Assembly (NCBI RefSeq): GCF_018977255.1
Contig: NW_024704742.1
Location: 95,668,001 to 95,732,000 of the forward strand
Reading direction: 5' to 3'
Length of the DNA: 64,000 nt
Source: Callorhinchus milii
Lineage: Eukaryota
Shown here: positions 12,515 to 25,325 of the stretch, piece after piece
Numbering within the stretch: the first letter of the stretch is position 1
Layout: each line of letters opens with the position of its first letter
Program-made: the position numbers and the translations under genes
The notes under the pieces: model-generated
Databases searched by the model: none
What the model was told of the DNA's origin: nothing
Seen by the model: only the letters and a program-made list of their open reading frames with translations

Positions 12515-13142
12515 CCATCTTTGAGTCAGAAGGTTGTTGGTTCAAGCCACACGTCAGGATTTGGAACTCATTTAGTATAAACTGACAAAGGGTGTATCCT
12601 GCATTGGAATTGCTGTTTTTCAGACGAGACGTTAAACAGAGGTTCACCTGTTCAAGTGGACACTAAAGGTTACGTTGCATTATTTGAAGAGTTTCGCCTC
12701 TTGGCCAACAATCCCCCCAATAAAGTTGGTCATTCACTCCATGGCTATTTGTTGGGCAATGCTGTCCTCAAATTGACTGCAGTGTTTGCCCATAAAACCC
12801 ACACTCATTCCACTTTACAATATATCCCGTGAAGCACTTTGGGATAATAATAATAATAATAATCCTTGCATTTGATATAGCACTTTTCACGTCGGGAGGA
12901 CGTCCCAAAGCGCTTCACAGAACACACTTTTGTAAAGTGAATTGACTGTATATTTGTGGGCGAACGTGGCAGCCAATTGCGCACAGCAATGTCCCATGTG
13001 TCATGGGACAACAACATGGGACAACAATGTCCCAATGTTGCAAAGCGAGTGCTCTAACCACTGAGCTACAGGACTCCAAATCCAGGGATGTCCTATTGAC
13101 GTGAAAGGCACCACACCAAATGCAAGGTATATTATTATTATT
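12515..13142 (+). mobile_element. Old DeuSINE split by a younger SINE
   Basis: Head tgagtcagaaggttgttggttcaagcc, Deu-like cagacgagacgttaaacagagg...ctgttcaagtggacactaaag; the tail is interrupted at ctttgggat and resumes at gggatgtcctattgacgtgaaagg. Confidence 0.75.
12844..13077 (-). mobile_element. tRNA-Ala-derived SINE with internal deletion and templated patch
   Basis: (AAT)n tail and body match the other young copies; the head ends at ggactcc (13071-13077); the middle is replaced by a short rearranged stretch. Confidence 0.88.
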
Positions 13143-13692
13143 TATGAAAGGTGCTATATAAATGTAAGTTGTTGTGACGGGAATGCTATTGAATTCGTGG
13201 TGTTTGAGGTGGTCTCAAACTACCCCTCCCCTTATCCCACCACCCACCCAAAGAAACAACTTACAATAACATTGGAGGTGATGGTAAGATACCATATACT
13301 TTCAGCTCTTACATTATTCTCATCTTTATTTATTACCCTTTCAACTGAATCACATCGTCTACCATGCTTGGTGCATCTGCTGCTGAATGATTTTTTAAAA
13401 AGTCAAATACAAATTTTTGGGAAATAAACCATAAACTGTATCTTATAAATAATAAATACCTGCCAGTGCGTTTAATATAGTTTAGAGAGGTTCAAGTCTT
13501 GGGGTGAATAACCTCCATGATCATGGTTTATGGCATCATTGATTGAATTCCTATTTATAACTCACCACCAGCTCTCTGATGTTCTACAGAAATAATTTGC
13601 TGATATTTTCTGCCTGATAGATATGCGTTACAGTATTTTAATTCATAAGCAAAATTCTGAAGCACATCTGCAGCAAGTGTTCATAGTTCTTG

Positions 13693-14345
13693 CTGTCAGT
13701 TTGACTCAATCTGCAGCACTGTTCCCTCTAGCTGAGAAGGATTTGGGTTCAACCAAGGACTTAAGTCATAAATAATAATAATAATCCTTGCGTTTGATAT
13801 AGTGCTTTTCACGTCTTCTAGACATCTCAAAGCGCTTCACAGAATATGCTGTAAAGTGAATTGACTGTATATATGTGGGCGAAACGCGGCAGCCAATTGC
13901 GCACAGCAGTGTCCCACAAGCAGTCATGGATCGAAAATGACCAATTTTATTATTGTTTTTGTTGGAGGGATTATTATTAGGTGTGTGGAGTAAGGAAACT
14001 TGCCCAAGATTTCGCTCTGCCTGGAATTGAACCCAGCTGTCCTGCTTGCAAGGCGAGTGCTCTAGCCACTGAGCTACATTATAAACCAAGCTAATCAGAA
14101 GAGTGCTGAAGGACTGCTGCAATATCAATGGTGTTGTCCTTTGAATGCAATGCTAAACTGAGATCCTATCTAACTGTCGGTGGATGTTAAAGATCCCATG
14201 GCACTATTCTGAATAGAAGTAAGTTCTCCTAATGTTTTTCCCAATATCCCTGCCATATCTAAATTCGGAAAGACAGATAAATTGGTCATTTATCTTAGTG
14301 CTGTGCGACATTGCTGACTGGCATTTGCCCTTATAACAATAGACA
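13693..14345 (+). mobile_element. Old DeuSINE split by a younger SINE
   Basis: Head gtcagtttgactcaa...gaaggatttgggttcaa lies before 13768; Deu-domain-like ggtggatgttaaagatcccatggcactattctgaa...gttctcctaatg lies after 14078. Confidence 0.75.
13769..14078 (-). mobile_element. tRNA-Ala-derived SINE, short subfamily
   Basis: Reverse complement has A box TAGCTCAGTGG, anticodon-like arm ctcgc-cttgcaa-gc, B box gggttcaattcc, and an L2-type tail ending (ATT)n. Confidence 0.9.
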
Positions 14346-14389
14346 TGCACTGTTTGACAATGACACTATAATTAGTACAGATGGGGGTT

Positions 14390-15010
14390 CCAGAGAATAA
14401 GTTGATCTGAACTAGTTGTTCAATTGTGCAGAAAGCAATAAGATGTTATTTAATGTTGGGAAGCACAGTGTAATGGCCTTTGAGAACTAAACTTTACGGT
14501 TTAGCAGATGTATGGTGGGGCTCCCCTCAAGATAGTTGACCAAAATAGATAACCTAAAGATGATCATTGATTACGCTCTTGTGCTCCAAAAATAATGTGA
14601 GACAGCATAGGGCCCACTATGTGCTGCAGTGACTAGCATAGACAATAAGTTATACATCTAAAAAAAGCTAATTTTACATTATCCTGTGCACTGGTATGGC
14701 CCCATCTGGAATATTTTGTCCAGTTCTGGACCGTTGACCTGGCTAAAGATGTGGAGGTACTGGAAAAGGTGCAGAGAGGTGCTACCAGGTTAATTTCACC
14801 CTTTGGATGCAAGACTTGAGGTATTGGCCTGCTAATACTAGAAGACTAAGTTGTTGTTTTGTTGACATCTATAAGATCCTTCACAAAGTCAATGAAATGT
14901 CAGATGGCAAAAACTTCAAAGTCAACACGGTTCCAGAAGCTGATACCTTCAATCTGGAGAAAAAAAACAAGAAGGCGGACTTAAAGAGGTTGGTGGGCAT
15001 CTGGAACAGA
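14390..15010 (+). mobile_element. Old, heavily decayed CR1-like ORF2 C-terminal fragment
   Basis: Remnant frame [13 protein letters not shown]...[17 protein letters not shown] at about 14692-14795, and MLFNVGK upstream; many stops. Confidence 0.75.
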
Positions 15011-16104
15011 TACTGTTTGTACAAGTTGCATTTAGACAGAATTTGTAAGGAAGAAAGGAAGAGAGAATCAGAAGCTTCAGACTGGTATGTGGTATCGGTA
15101 GTGGTGAAACAGGGTACGAGGGAATATTAAACATTGCTTTCATGTTGGCAGTGGCTTTCTCGATTACTCTGTATTTTTTCCTCCCTGCCAGTAGACTGAG
15201 TGGCCATCACCAGGAGCGACGTGCATGTGTGGGAGGTGGAGTGGGGGAATTCTCCTGGGATCAAACTTAATGAGCCACTGCACCTCCTTTGTCACACTTT
15301 CCTGTCTGCATGTTGGTGTAAAGTAATCATTGAAAATGAAAATGACTCACTGGCAAAAAGGCAACATAAATGACACCTCAAAGGACCTTGAATGTTAAAG
15401 TCAGTCTCCTCCACAAAATCCAATGTACGTCTCGCCAACTGATGCAAACTTGGCTCTATAGAGGTACAGAGACAAGATGGATAGAGTTTATGTCTGCAAA
15501 CTAAGGAAGGTAATGAGCAAGTTTGCTATTAGCAAGGTTGGCAGTTGAATTTGCCACGGCTCTGTGATATTCCATCCACATTGGCAGCAGCATTCCCAGG
15601 ACTGCAATCAGAATTCCCAGGACAGGGATCTTTCCTTTCTCCTGACTTCATTACTTCAGCACTATATGATGTCAGTACAGAGGAACTCCTTCACAAAATG
15701 CACTTTAAACCCTTAAAGAGAAACAAAGGGGAAGATTCAGGAATAAGTGCACAGATAGGTCATTCTATGATATTTAGGATTTATATGTCAATGTATTGCA
15801 CTGCATAATCCATACTTGTATTTATTGTGCCGGACTCTGTGTCTAAGTGTCGTAAATACGGGCATTCATTTTGATACTGCTGTTTATCGATCCACATTTC
15901 ACAGTCTAGCTTGGGAGCTGCAAATAGATCTTTCTCTGGTGAAATCTGGAAATTGGTCTGGAGGATGAAGTTTAGTTATAATGCCGCTTGGCATTTACAA
16001 TATTCCATCCTTCAGATGAGAAGGTAAACTGAGTACCATCTGAATGTTCACATGGACGTTAAAAGACTCACGCAGTATTTGAAGAGAGAAGGAAGTTCTC
16101 TCTT

Positions 16105-17685
16105 CAAATACCCCACTCTTCTCCTTAAATCCCAGCTCCACCTCCTTGCCCCACTACTCACCGACATCATCAACCTCTGCCTGTCATCTGGCACTGTTTC
16201 TACACCCCTCAAAACAGCCGCTATCACCCCCACCTTGAAGAAACCTTTCCTTGACCCATCACAGTTATCCAGCTACCGGCCCATCTCAAACCTCCCTTTC
16301 CTGTCGAAGGTCCTTGAGAGAACCGTGGCCTCTGAGCTTCGCTCTTTCCACTCCTCCCACTCTCTCTATGAAACCCTCCAATCGGGTTTTCGTTCTGCCA
16401 ACAGCACGGAAACTGCTCTGGTCAAGGTCATAAAACGACATCCTGACCATGTGCGACCTCTGCCTCCTCGTCCTCCTCGACCTCTCTGCCGCCTTTGACA
16501 CTGTGGACCACTCAATCCTCCACCACCTCTCCTCCCACCTCAACCTTCAAGGTTCTGTCCCTGACTGGTTCAGGTCCTACTGCCTCAAATTTGTCGCAGC
16601 AAATGACTTCTCCTCCAGTCCCCACACCATCTTGTGTGGTGTTCCTCAGGGCTCTGTCCTCGGTCCCCTCCTTTTCAGCCCTCTACATGCTCCCCCTTGG
16701 TGACATCATCTGGGGACATGGAGTAAATTTCCACATGTATGCAGATGACACCCACCTCTATCTCGCTGCCTCCACCCTCAACTCCAGGACTATTGGTGTC
16801 CTGACCGACTGACTGTCCGACATCAAATCCTGGACGAGGGACAACTTTCTCCAATTGAACATCGGCAAGACCGAGGCCCTCCTGATTGGCTCGCGCCTGC
16901 GCCTCCGCACCTTGGGTGCTGGCAGCATCAGCCTCCACAGCTGCACACTAAGCCTCACTAAGCCTCACTAAGCCAGTCAGGAATCTGGGTGTCTTGTATG
17001 ATCCTGAACTGTCTTTTCTCCCCCACATCCGCGCCATGACTGGCACTGCCTACCACCACCTCCGCAACATTGCCAGATTCCGCCACTGCCTCACCCCTCA
17101 GGCTGCCGAAACCCTCACTCATGCATTCGTCACATCAAGGCTCAATTAGGGGAACTCCCTCCTCATCGGCCTTCCCAACTCTTCCCTTCACAAACTGCAG
17201 ATCATTCAAAACTCTGCAGCTCGTGTACTCTCGCGCACCAGGCTCTGTGACCCCATCATTCCCACCCTCGCCCGACTCCACTGGCTCCCCATCCCTCAGA
17301 GGATTGAATTCAAGATTACTTTCAAGGCCATCCATGGCCTTGCCCCCTCCTACCTCTCTGACCTGCTGACTCACTACCAACCTGCCCGCTCCTTCCATTC
17401 AGCAGGCTCTGGCCTGCTCCATGTCTCCCGCCCGACCCGCCCTACCATCGGTGGCCGGGCTTTCAGCCTCTCTGCCCCCACACTCTGGAATTCCATCCCA
17501 CAGTCCTTTCGCCTCGCTTCCTCCCTTGCCACCTTCAAGGCTGGTCTCAAGATCCTTCTCTTCAATCGTGCCTTTGGTCGCCCTCCCACCTCTCTCCCTT
17601 CCCCTACCTTTCAGTATATCCTGGCTTTGGGTTGTCCTCCTGACGTGAAAGGCTCTATATCAAATTGAAGGATTATTATTGTTGT
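16105..17685 (+). mobile_element. L2-clade LINE, 5'-truncated, RT domain to 3' end, disabled
   Basis: [63 protein letters not shown] and LWNSIP motifs spread over several frames (frameshifts and stops); 3' terminal gtcctcctgacgtgaaagg. Confidence 0.95.
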
Positions 17686-17794
17686 ATTATAATATCCACA
17701 TTTTAAAAGGTGTATGACTTTTTTTTTTCTCTGCTTCAAACCAGCAGTCAATAGCATGCCAATAGCAGTAAAACTGCTACTTAGTTCTCTCATG

Positions 17795-18085
17795 GCCTAG
17801 TCACTGGGCTGCGTTAGTTGATTATAATGGGGCAAGCAAATAGTTGCTTCTTTAGCAAAGGGAAAACAGACCAGAATTCCCATTCCTGATAACTATCCAG
17901 TAATTCTCAGCTGGGAGGTACAGATGAGTATATGTTGAACAATGATAGAATTTGGTTTGGCTGTGATGTTGACAAGACACTATTAGGCCTGTCATGTGAA
18001 TAATGACCACCTGCGAGAGGTATCAGCAGATTCCTTCTGGTGAGGAGGGGAGAAACACATATTTGATGGGATGGGGGAAACACAA
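17795..18085 (+). mobile_element. AmnSINE2-like ancient SINE relic
   Basis: ccagaattcccattcctgataactatccagt...gatagaatttggtttggctgtgatg...ccttctggtgaggagggg is similar to the copies at 36140 and 52335. The family name comes from recalled consensus and was not searched. Confidence 0.45.
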
Positions 18086-18471
18086 GAAGAAGAAAGTTCA
18101 AAGTGCCTTTGTTCAGCTAACTATATTAAACCAGCAAGCATTGGTTGCTCTTGAGATTCATTATACCACCTACTCATCAAGTTGACTGGAAGCTTTTTAT
18201 AATGATTCAGACTCTGCCCAGAGGATTTTGATTATTTTGACAGCATATGCCATTGCCCCAATGTCTAAGAGGTAACGACAGTGGCTAAGCTGAACAAGGT
18301 GCTTTGTGGCTTATGCATATTTTATGATAATCACTGTAACCAGAAATATGCCTGGATTGGGTGAGTTGTCAGAACCATGGGGAAATGTTGATATCAAAAC
18401 TGCTGTATTATTAGTCTAAATTCTAGGAGACCAAGCTTTATTGTCACTTTATGTTTGGAATATTCTGGGGG

Positions 18472-19120
18472 AGCAAGTGGGAAGCGGCACAGTCAATCAC
18501 AACTTGGCATGTAAGTGGCCCTTTGACAATCTATTTGGTGAGTCTAACAAGGTCACATCACCTGGATACCCATTCCAGGGGGAGGAGGGAGCTACCCATC
18601 CCTGCAGTACAGATTGATTCATTCAATCCTCCCCTCCTAACTAGCAAATTATTTTAATGTGAGCACGCACCATTGCCTTCAGAAGTCATACGGTTATCTA
18701 CATCCCCTTTACCCAGTGCATTCCATCACGAGAACAAGCCAGCTTATCAATCTCCCGCACAGTATCCTTGAACAGTACTGATGGTGTGAAAAACCTACAC
18801 AGTTCTAATGGGGCCCAAATATTTTATTATGCGTCAGACCACAATACATAATCTGTTAAAGAGACATTGTTTCAGTAAATGTCATTAGTGAAAAGTTATT
18901 AATAGCTGTGCAGACATAAATGTCATAAACCCTGTATATCAAAATCTCTTCTTTACTTGACCTTGATTGACAGCTGTAAAGATGATAGAACTTTTAAAAG
19001 TGAAGAGTTAATAATGCCATTATTGCCATCGCAGCCCACATGAATACAGCATTAACAAGTGTAGATGCCGCACAAAATCACAGATATATAAACATGCCAT
19101 CCAAAATGACCACAAACATT
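18472..19120. repeat. Unassigned diverged ~650-bp repeat, copy 1 (copy 2 at 62552-63200)
   Basis: Collinear shared blocks: agcaagtgggaa, cctttga, gctaccca, tcattcaa, agcaaatta, ttgccttcaga, cctttaccc, ccagcttatcaat, tatcaaaatctcttc, agcccacatgaata, atataaac. Confidence 0.85.
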
Positions 19121-19164
19121 AAAAAAATGGAAATAATGATTGCTTTACAATGATCTTTACAGTA

Positions 19165-19825
19165 TTACCACTCTAATGCAGTGCTGGGAGAGTGTTGTTC
19201 TGTTTGAGGTGCCATTTTTCAGTTGAGACATTAAACGGAGGCCACTGTCTGCATATTAGAAATTCTACAGCACTATTCAAAAAGAGAAGAAAGTTTCTCC
19301 CAGTGACCTGGTCAACAATCCCCAAATAGAATTGATCATTCACTTCATGGCTGTTTGTGGGACAAATTGGCGGCCGTGTTCACCCACAAAATACACACAA
19401 TCAGAACACAATACAATATATCCTGTATGTGGAGTCCTGTAGCTCAGTGGTTAGAGCACTCGCTTTGCAAGCGAGACACCTGAGTTTCTATTCCAGGCAG
19501 GGCGAAGCCTTGGGCAAGTTTCCTTACTCCACACGCCTAATAATAATCCCTCCAAAACCAAAAACAATAATAAATTGGTCATTTTCAATCTACGACTGTT
19601 TGTGGGACATTGCTGTGCGCAATTGGCTGCCGCGTTCGCCCACAAATATACAGTCAATTCACGTTACAGTGTGTTCTGTGAAACGCTTTGGGACGTCCTC
19701 CCGACGTGAAAAGCGCTATATCAAATGCAAGGATTATTATTATTATTATTATCCTATGAAGCACTTTGGAACAACCTCCTGATGTAAAAGGGGCTGTACC
19801 AAATGTAACGATTATCATCATTATT
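19165..19825 (+). mobile_element. Old DeuSINE split by a younger SINE
   Basis: gaggtgccatttttcagttgagacattaaacggagg...cactattcaaaaagagaag...tttctcccagtg; the tail resumes at 19753 (cctatgaagcactttgg). Confidence 0.75.
19431..19752 (+). mobile_element. tRNA-Ala-derived SINE, short subfamily, full length
   Basis: ggagtcctgtagctcagtggttagagcactcgctttgcaagcgag head (A box; 5-bp stem with a 7-nt TGC-centred loop); ends gtgaaacgctttgggacgtcctcccgacgtgaaaagcgctatatcaaatgcaagg(att)n. Confidence 0.93.
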
Positions 19826-21448
19826 AAAAAAGGAAACATTTCCAATCCCTTGGTGTCTTGGCAGATGAGTTGGGAGGATATTAGTTCAGCAAAGGTGAAG
19901 TGGGTTCTCTAAGGAAAACAGGCCAGATCCAGAAAATCTTGATGTTCTTCATCCTTCAGATGTTGTGGGACAATATGGTTCCAGCACATGGCAGGGACTG
20001 CTGCGGTGACTGAGATCACACTATATGAAGTGACTCCACACATCTTGTTGGATTTCCTTGACCTTTACACAAGAATAGGATTTGAGGGGATTGCTATTTA
20101 GGCATTTTGAAGTGATGCTTTGTGTTCAAGTAGAATATTTGCTGCTGTCATTTCTGGATGTATTCTTAACACAACAATTATTTAAAATGCCTTTTTTGAA
20201 AGTTGGGAGAGAGTGACAGACTACCCCCTTCACTTCACCCCACACCCCCTTTCTCCCGCCCCCTAAAAGGTCTAGAAAATGTGCAATGGTAGCAGGTGTA
20301 GGTCATAAATTTCATTTTGTGAAGGGAAACAAAATGTGTGTATTGGGGAATGTCCTGGTACTGGTTTCAATTCCTCTATGTGCAGCAATGGCTTCTCAAA
20401 GCTGTAAGTGGGAAACGGTCTCTCAATGTTAATTGCAGAAAAAGATCAGAGAAGGAAGGGCACCTGACAGCATACAAAATCAAATGTTATCGAAGAGGCA
20501 GATGATTATGGCCAAAGATGATAAATGAAGAACGTTTAATTTTTACAATTAAAGAATCCAATCTGCCATGTTGGTTCCCAGTACAATAGAATGGAACATG
20601 TTTAGGCAAACAAGCATCAACAGTAAATCAGCACTGGCCTGAAAACATACAGAAATTACAAAACAAAATGACAGTGGTTTGAACCCCACCACTTAAGAGG
20701 CCAATTAGGGTTTTTATGGTGATAACGATAGGTTTTTACTAGAATTTTACAACCGGTTTCGTTACTTGACTCTGTCATTGACATTATAATTGTATGGTGT
20801 TACTATCGCCACCAACTTCAAGCCTCTTCCCTTTCCTTAAGGAGGGAACGGAATGTATTTAGGAATACTACAGCTTTGTACCAATACCATAAACCTCTGT
20901 AAAATAAAGATCTATCATGCTTCAAAACAGAGTTGTAAGGGAAGATTTTAAAAACAACTTTATTCCACATTATACAAATATCAAGTGACCTTCAGTGTTA
21001 TTTACGATATTATTCTACTTAACTCATCTAATACCTCATTGTTTTGCTAACCTCTTCCATCCAATAGATGTATTAGATGTTTTCTCCTCTCTGCGCGATG
21101 TCAAAAGTGGCCATTTTGTAAATCATTGCCGTGCAGCTTGTTAGGTGTAACTGAGCCCGATGATGCCAAAATGACTTTATTGTTTCTTTCCCACGAAAAT
21201 TGCAACCCATTAGATCACACATTATTGACCTATGAATCTTGGTGCAAATTTAAAAACAATCACTCCTCTTATTTGTCCTACCTTTAATAAAATGGACTTG
21301 AACTATCATAGTGTAAAAGAACGGTATACCATTCCCCTGATCATTCCTCCTTTTCTAGCAACTTCCTAAATTTTTTTCACTTTCGATGACTTTATCTTCT
21401 GATAAAATTGCCATCCCTTTTAGCCAGCATTAGATTACCTTCAACTCA

Positions 21449-23642
21449 ATGAGAGAGAATTTAGCCAAAATAAACTGGGAAATTAGACTTAAGGATTTGA
21501 CAGTAGACCAGCAATGGCAGACGTTTAAGGAGATACTACAAAATTCCCAGGGAGCACGTATTCCTTTGAGGAATAAGAATGCCACGGGAAAGGTGGCCCA
21601 ACCGTGGCTAACTAGAGCAGTTAGGGAAAGTATAAAGTTAAAGGAAGAAGCCTATAAAACAGCTAAGATGAGTAGTAAACCCGAGGATTGGGAGAACTTT
21701 AGGGATCAACAAAGGAGAACCAAAAAAGTGATTAAGAGGGAGAAAATGGAATATGAGGGCAAACTAGCGAGGAACATAAAGACAGACTGTAAGAGTTTTT
21801 ATAAATATATAAAGAGGAAGAGGCTGTCAAAGGTAAATGTGAATCCGCTACAGGCAGAGACGGGGGGAATTATAGTAGGGGACAAAGACATGGCAGAGTC
21901 ATTAAACAAGAACTTTGCTACTGTCTTCACCTTAGAAGACACTGAAAACCTACCAAGAATAGAGGGGAACCAAGAAGAAAATGTTAGCGAGCAACTTGGA
22001 GGAATTAATATTAGTAAAGGAATGGTTTTAGGTAAATTATCAGGTCTTAAAACTGATAAATCTCCTGGACCTGATGGCCTACATCCTAGGGTTTTAAAAG
22101 AGGTGGCTACTGAGATAGTGGATGGCTTGTCTTTGATCTTCCAAAATTCTCTGGATTCTGGAACGGTTCCCATTGATTGGAAGATTGCAAACGTAACACC
22201 ACTATTTAAGAAGGGTGGGAGAGAAAAGATGGGGAACTATAGACCAGTTAGTCTGACATCAGTGGTAGGGAAAATTCTTGAGTCCTTAATTAAAGATGTC
22301 GTTATGGGATTCCTGGAAGACCATAACAAGATTAGGCAGAGTCAACATGGCTTTACAAAAGGGAAGTCATGCTTAACTAATCTTTTAGAGTTTTTTGAAG
22401 ATGTATCTAGCAGGTTAGATAGGGGGGAACCAGTAGATGTAGTATATTTAGATTTTAAAAAGGCATTTGACAAAGTGCCACACAAAAGGCTATTGCACAA
22501 GGTTAAGGCCCATGGGATTAATGGGAACATATTAGCATGGATTGAAGAGTGGCTAACGGGTAGAAAACAGAGAGTAGGGATAAACGGGTCATTCTCGAAT
22601 TGGCAGGATGTGACTAGTGGAGTGCCACAAGGATCAGTGCTTGGGCCTCAGCTATTTACAATTTACATCAATGATCTAGACGAGGACATTGAATGTAACG
22701 TATCTAAATTCGCGGATGACACTAAACTAGGTGGGAGAGTAAGCTCTGAGGATGATGCAAAAAGATTGCAACGGGATATAGATAGGCTCGGGGAGTGGGC
22801 GAGTAGGTGGCAGATGGAATTTAATGTGGGGAAGTGTGAAGTTATTCACCTAGGTAGAAAAATAGAAAAACAGATTATTTTCTAGAGGGGGAGAGATTAG
22901 TAGTGTTAGTGTTCAGAGGGATTTGGGTGTCCTTGTACACCAGTCTCAAAAAGTTAGTTTGCAGGTGCAGTAAGCAACTAAGAAGGCGAACGGCATGTTA
23001 GCGTTCATTGCAAAAGGTTTAGAGTACAAGAGTAGGGAAGTCTTGCTGCAACTGTATAGGGCCTTGGTGAGACCGCACCTGGAGTATTGTGTGCAGTTTT
23101 GGTCTCCTTATTTAAAAAAGGATATACTTGCCTTAGAGGGGGTGCAGCGTAGATTCACTCGGTTAGTTCCTGGGATGAGGGGACTGACCCATGAGGATAG
23201 GCTGAATAAACTAGGGCTGTATTCTCTAGAGTACAGAAGAATTAGGGGAGATCTTATTGAAACATATAAGATTCTTAAAGGGCTGGATAAAGTAGACACC
23301 GAGGGTCTGTTTCCCCTGGTAGAAGAATCTATAACCAGGGGTCACAGTCTTAAAATTAAGGGTCAGCCTTTTAGAACAGAGTTGAGGAAACATTTCTTCA
23401 CTCAGAGGGTAGTGAATTTATGGAATTCACTACCCCAGAAGGTTGTAGATGCTCAGTCCTTGAACATCTTCAAGGCTGAGATTGATAGATTTTTTAAAAA
23501 TAGAGGGATTAGGGGATATGGGGATAGGGCAGGTAATTAGAGTTAGGTCTGAAGATCAGCCATGATCTTATCGAATGGCGGGGCAGCCTCGAGGGGCCGA
23601 ATGGCCTACTCCTGCTCCTAATTCTTATGTTCTTATGTTCTT
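21449..23642 (+). mobile_element. CR1-clade LINE, young, 5'-truncated (RT domain to 3' UTR)
   Basis: 478-aa ORF with [46 protein letters not shown] and FADD; continues after a frameshift near 22860 and a TAA near 22971 into RPHLEYCVQFWSP...HFFTQRVVNLWNSLP; ends in the (TTCTTATG)n tail. Confidence 0.97.
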
Positions 23643-24629
23643 AACTATTTGGAATTATCATTTGTAAGTGTGTATGTTTCTTCACCCATTAGTGCTGGCA
23701 GAAGCACTGTACAGCAACATTGAGGGTCAATTGAAGTACAGCACTAGGAACTCTTAATTCACCAGAAAGTGCATCCGACGCTGCATTGCTATTAACTCTA
23801 TTATCGTGAGTTTGCTTGTAAGGTGACCTTAAAAGGTTAAAAATTCACTCAGTTGGCAGCGAAGAATTTTATTGACAGCTGACATTTTTTCGACACTACA
23901 CGCATCTCTATTGTCTATTTTGACTTACTAGCTTGACGCCCAAGATATATAAGACAGTCAAGAAGGTAGTTCTCCCTGTTTGCGTTTTCTCTGATTTCGT
24001 TAATAAGGGACACCTTAAAGGGAACATCTGCTCAGGCATCATTGATCCACTCCCCATACTTTCACAAGTGTCTGCTGAATCAAAACTATTGGATAAAGTG
24101 GAACATTTAGCTTGACACAGGGATGTTACTACTATTAAGAGGCTTTCACGGCACTGCAGCAGCGACATTTTAATGCACAAGCTTCAGGACCAGGACTTAG
24201 CAGCAGAGCTATGACAGGCTGCTGCCAGGGGCCTTTTGCCACTTAAATACAGTGGCAATCATTGATGGAGGCAGGTACTGACTCTATAAAGACTGGATAC
24301 ACTAATAGTGGCTATTAGTGGAGGAGTGCATTAGTCTGACGTACTAACTGCCAACATTTTTTACATTGAAATGAATTCATAGCTCCCTCGAAATAGACGG
24401 ACTCTCCAAGGTTAGCACCAATTAATTAGAAGGATTGCAGACTATATAAACCTGGATTTGTTTTATACCACTTTCACACTACTGATTTGTCTCTGGAGGA
24501 AAGCCTGTTGTGAGTTTGGGATGCAGTTTACAAGCTTCCAGCTTCCAAGCTTCCTCCCTGGAGGAAAGCCATGGGCTTGAGGATATACAGTTGCCTGGCG
24601 ACAGGTGTCTTTAAACTCTTTGCTAGTAA

Positions 24630-25325
24630 CAATAATAATCCTTACATTTGACAGAGTGTAGAAATATCTCAAAGCTCTTCACAAGATTTACTGTAAAGTG
24701 TAGGGACTGTGCATTTTATAGGCAAACACGGCAACCAATTTGCAAACAGCAATGTCCCATAAACAGTCTTGAAATGAATGATTCATTTTATTTTGGGGAT
24801 TGTTGACCAGGAAACCAGGCGAAACTCCCTTCTCTTCAAATAGTGCTATGGGATCTTCAAAGTCCACCTGAACAGGCAGATGGGTACCTTAAGTTAACAT
24901 CTCATTCGAAGGATGGCACCTCGGACAATACGGCACTCTCCTGTCACTGCATTGGAGTGTCAGCCTAGACTATAATAATAATCCTTGCATTTGATATAGC
25001 GCTTTTCATGTCTTCTTGCTGTCTCAAAGTGCTTCACAGAATAGACTGTAATGTGAATTGACTGTATACTTGTGCGTGAAACACGGCAGCTAATTGCGCA
25101 CAGCAGTGTCCTACAGACAGTCGTGGAATAAAGTGACCAATTTATTATTGCTTTTTTTCTTGAGGAATTATTATCAGGCGTGTGGAGTAAGGAAAGTTGC
25201 CCAAGATTTCACCCTGCTGGGAAACGAACCCAGGCTCTCGCTTGCAAAGCGAGTGCTCTAACACTGAGCTATAGGACAACACGTGAGTTCATAGCTCCGA
25301 TGTGGGGCTTGAACCCACAACCTTC
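24630..25325 (-). mobile_element. Old DeuSINE split by a younger SINE
   Basis: Tail at about 24630; Deu-like tagtgctatgggatcttcaaagtccacctgaacaggcaga...ggatggcacctcggacaa...ggagtgtcagcctagac; the head resumes at about 25280 (ggggcttgaacccacaacctt). Confidence 0.8.
24972..25277 (-). mobile_element. tRNA-Ala-derived SINE, short subfamily
   Basis: Reverse complement of the 19431 element; lacks the ~64-bp internal module. Confidence 0.9.

Noticed and set aside
19431..19503. tRNA-Ala(TGC) gene
   Set aside because: An A box and anticodon arm are present, but the acceptor stem does not close and the sequence continues into a SINE body repeated many times in the window.
21449..22885. Functional 478-aa reverse transcriptase gene
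   Set aside because: It is a 5'-truncated CR1 ORF2 with no endonuclease or promoter, followed by a frameshift and a stop.
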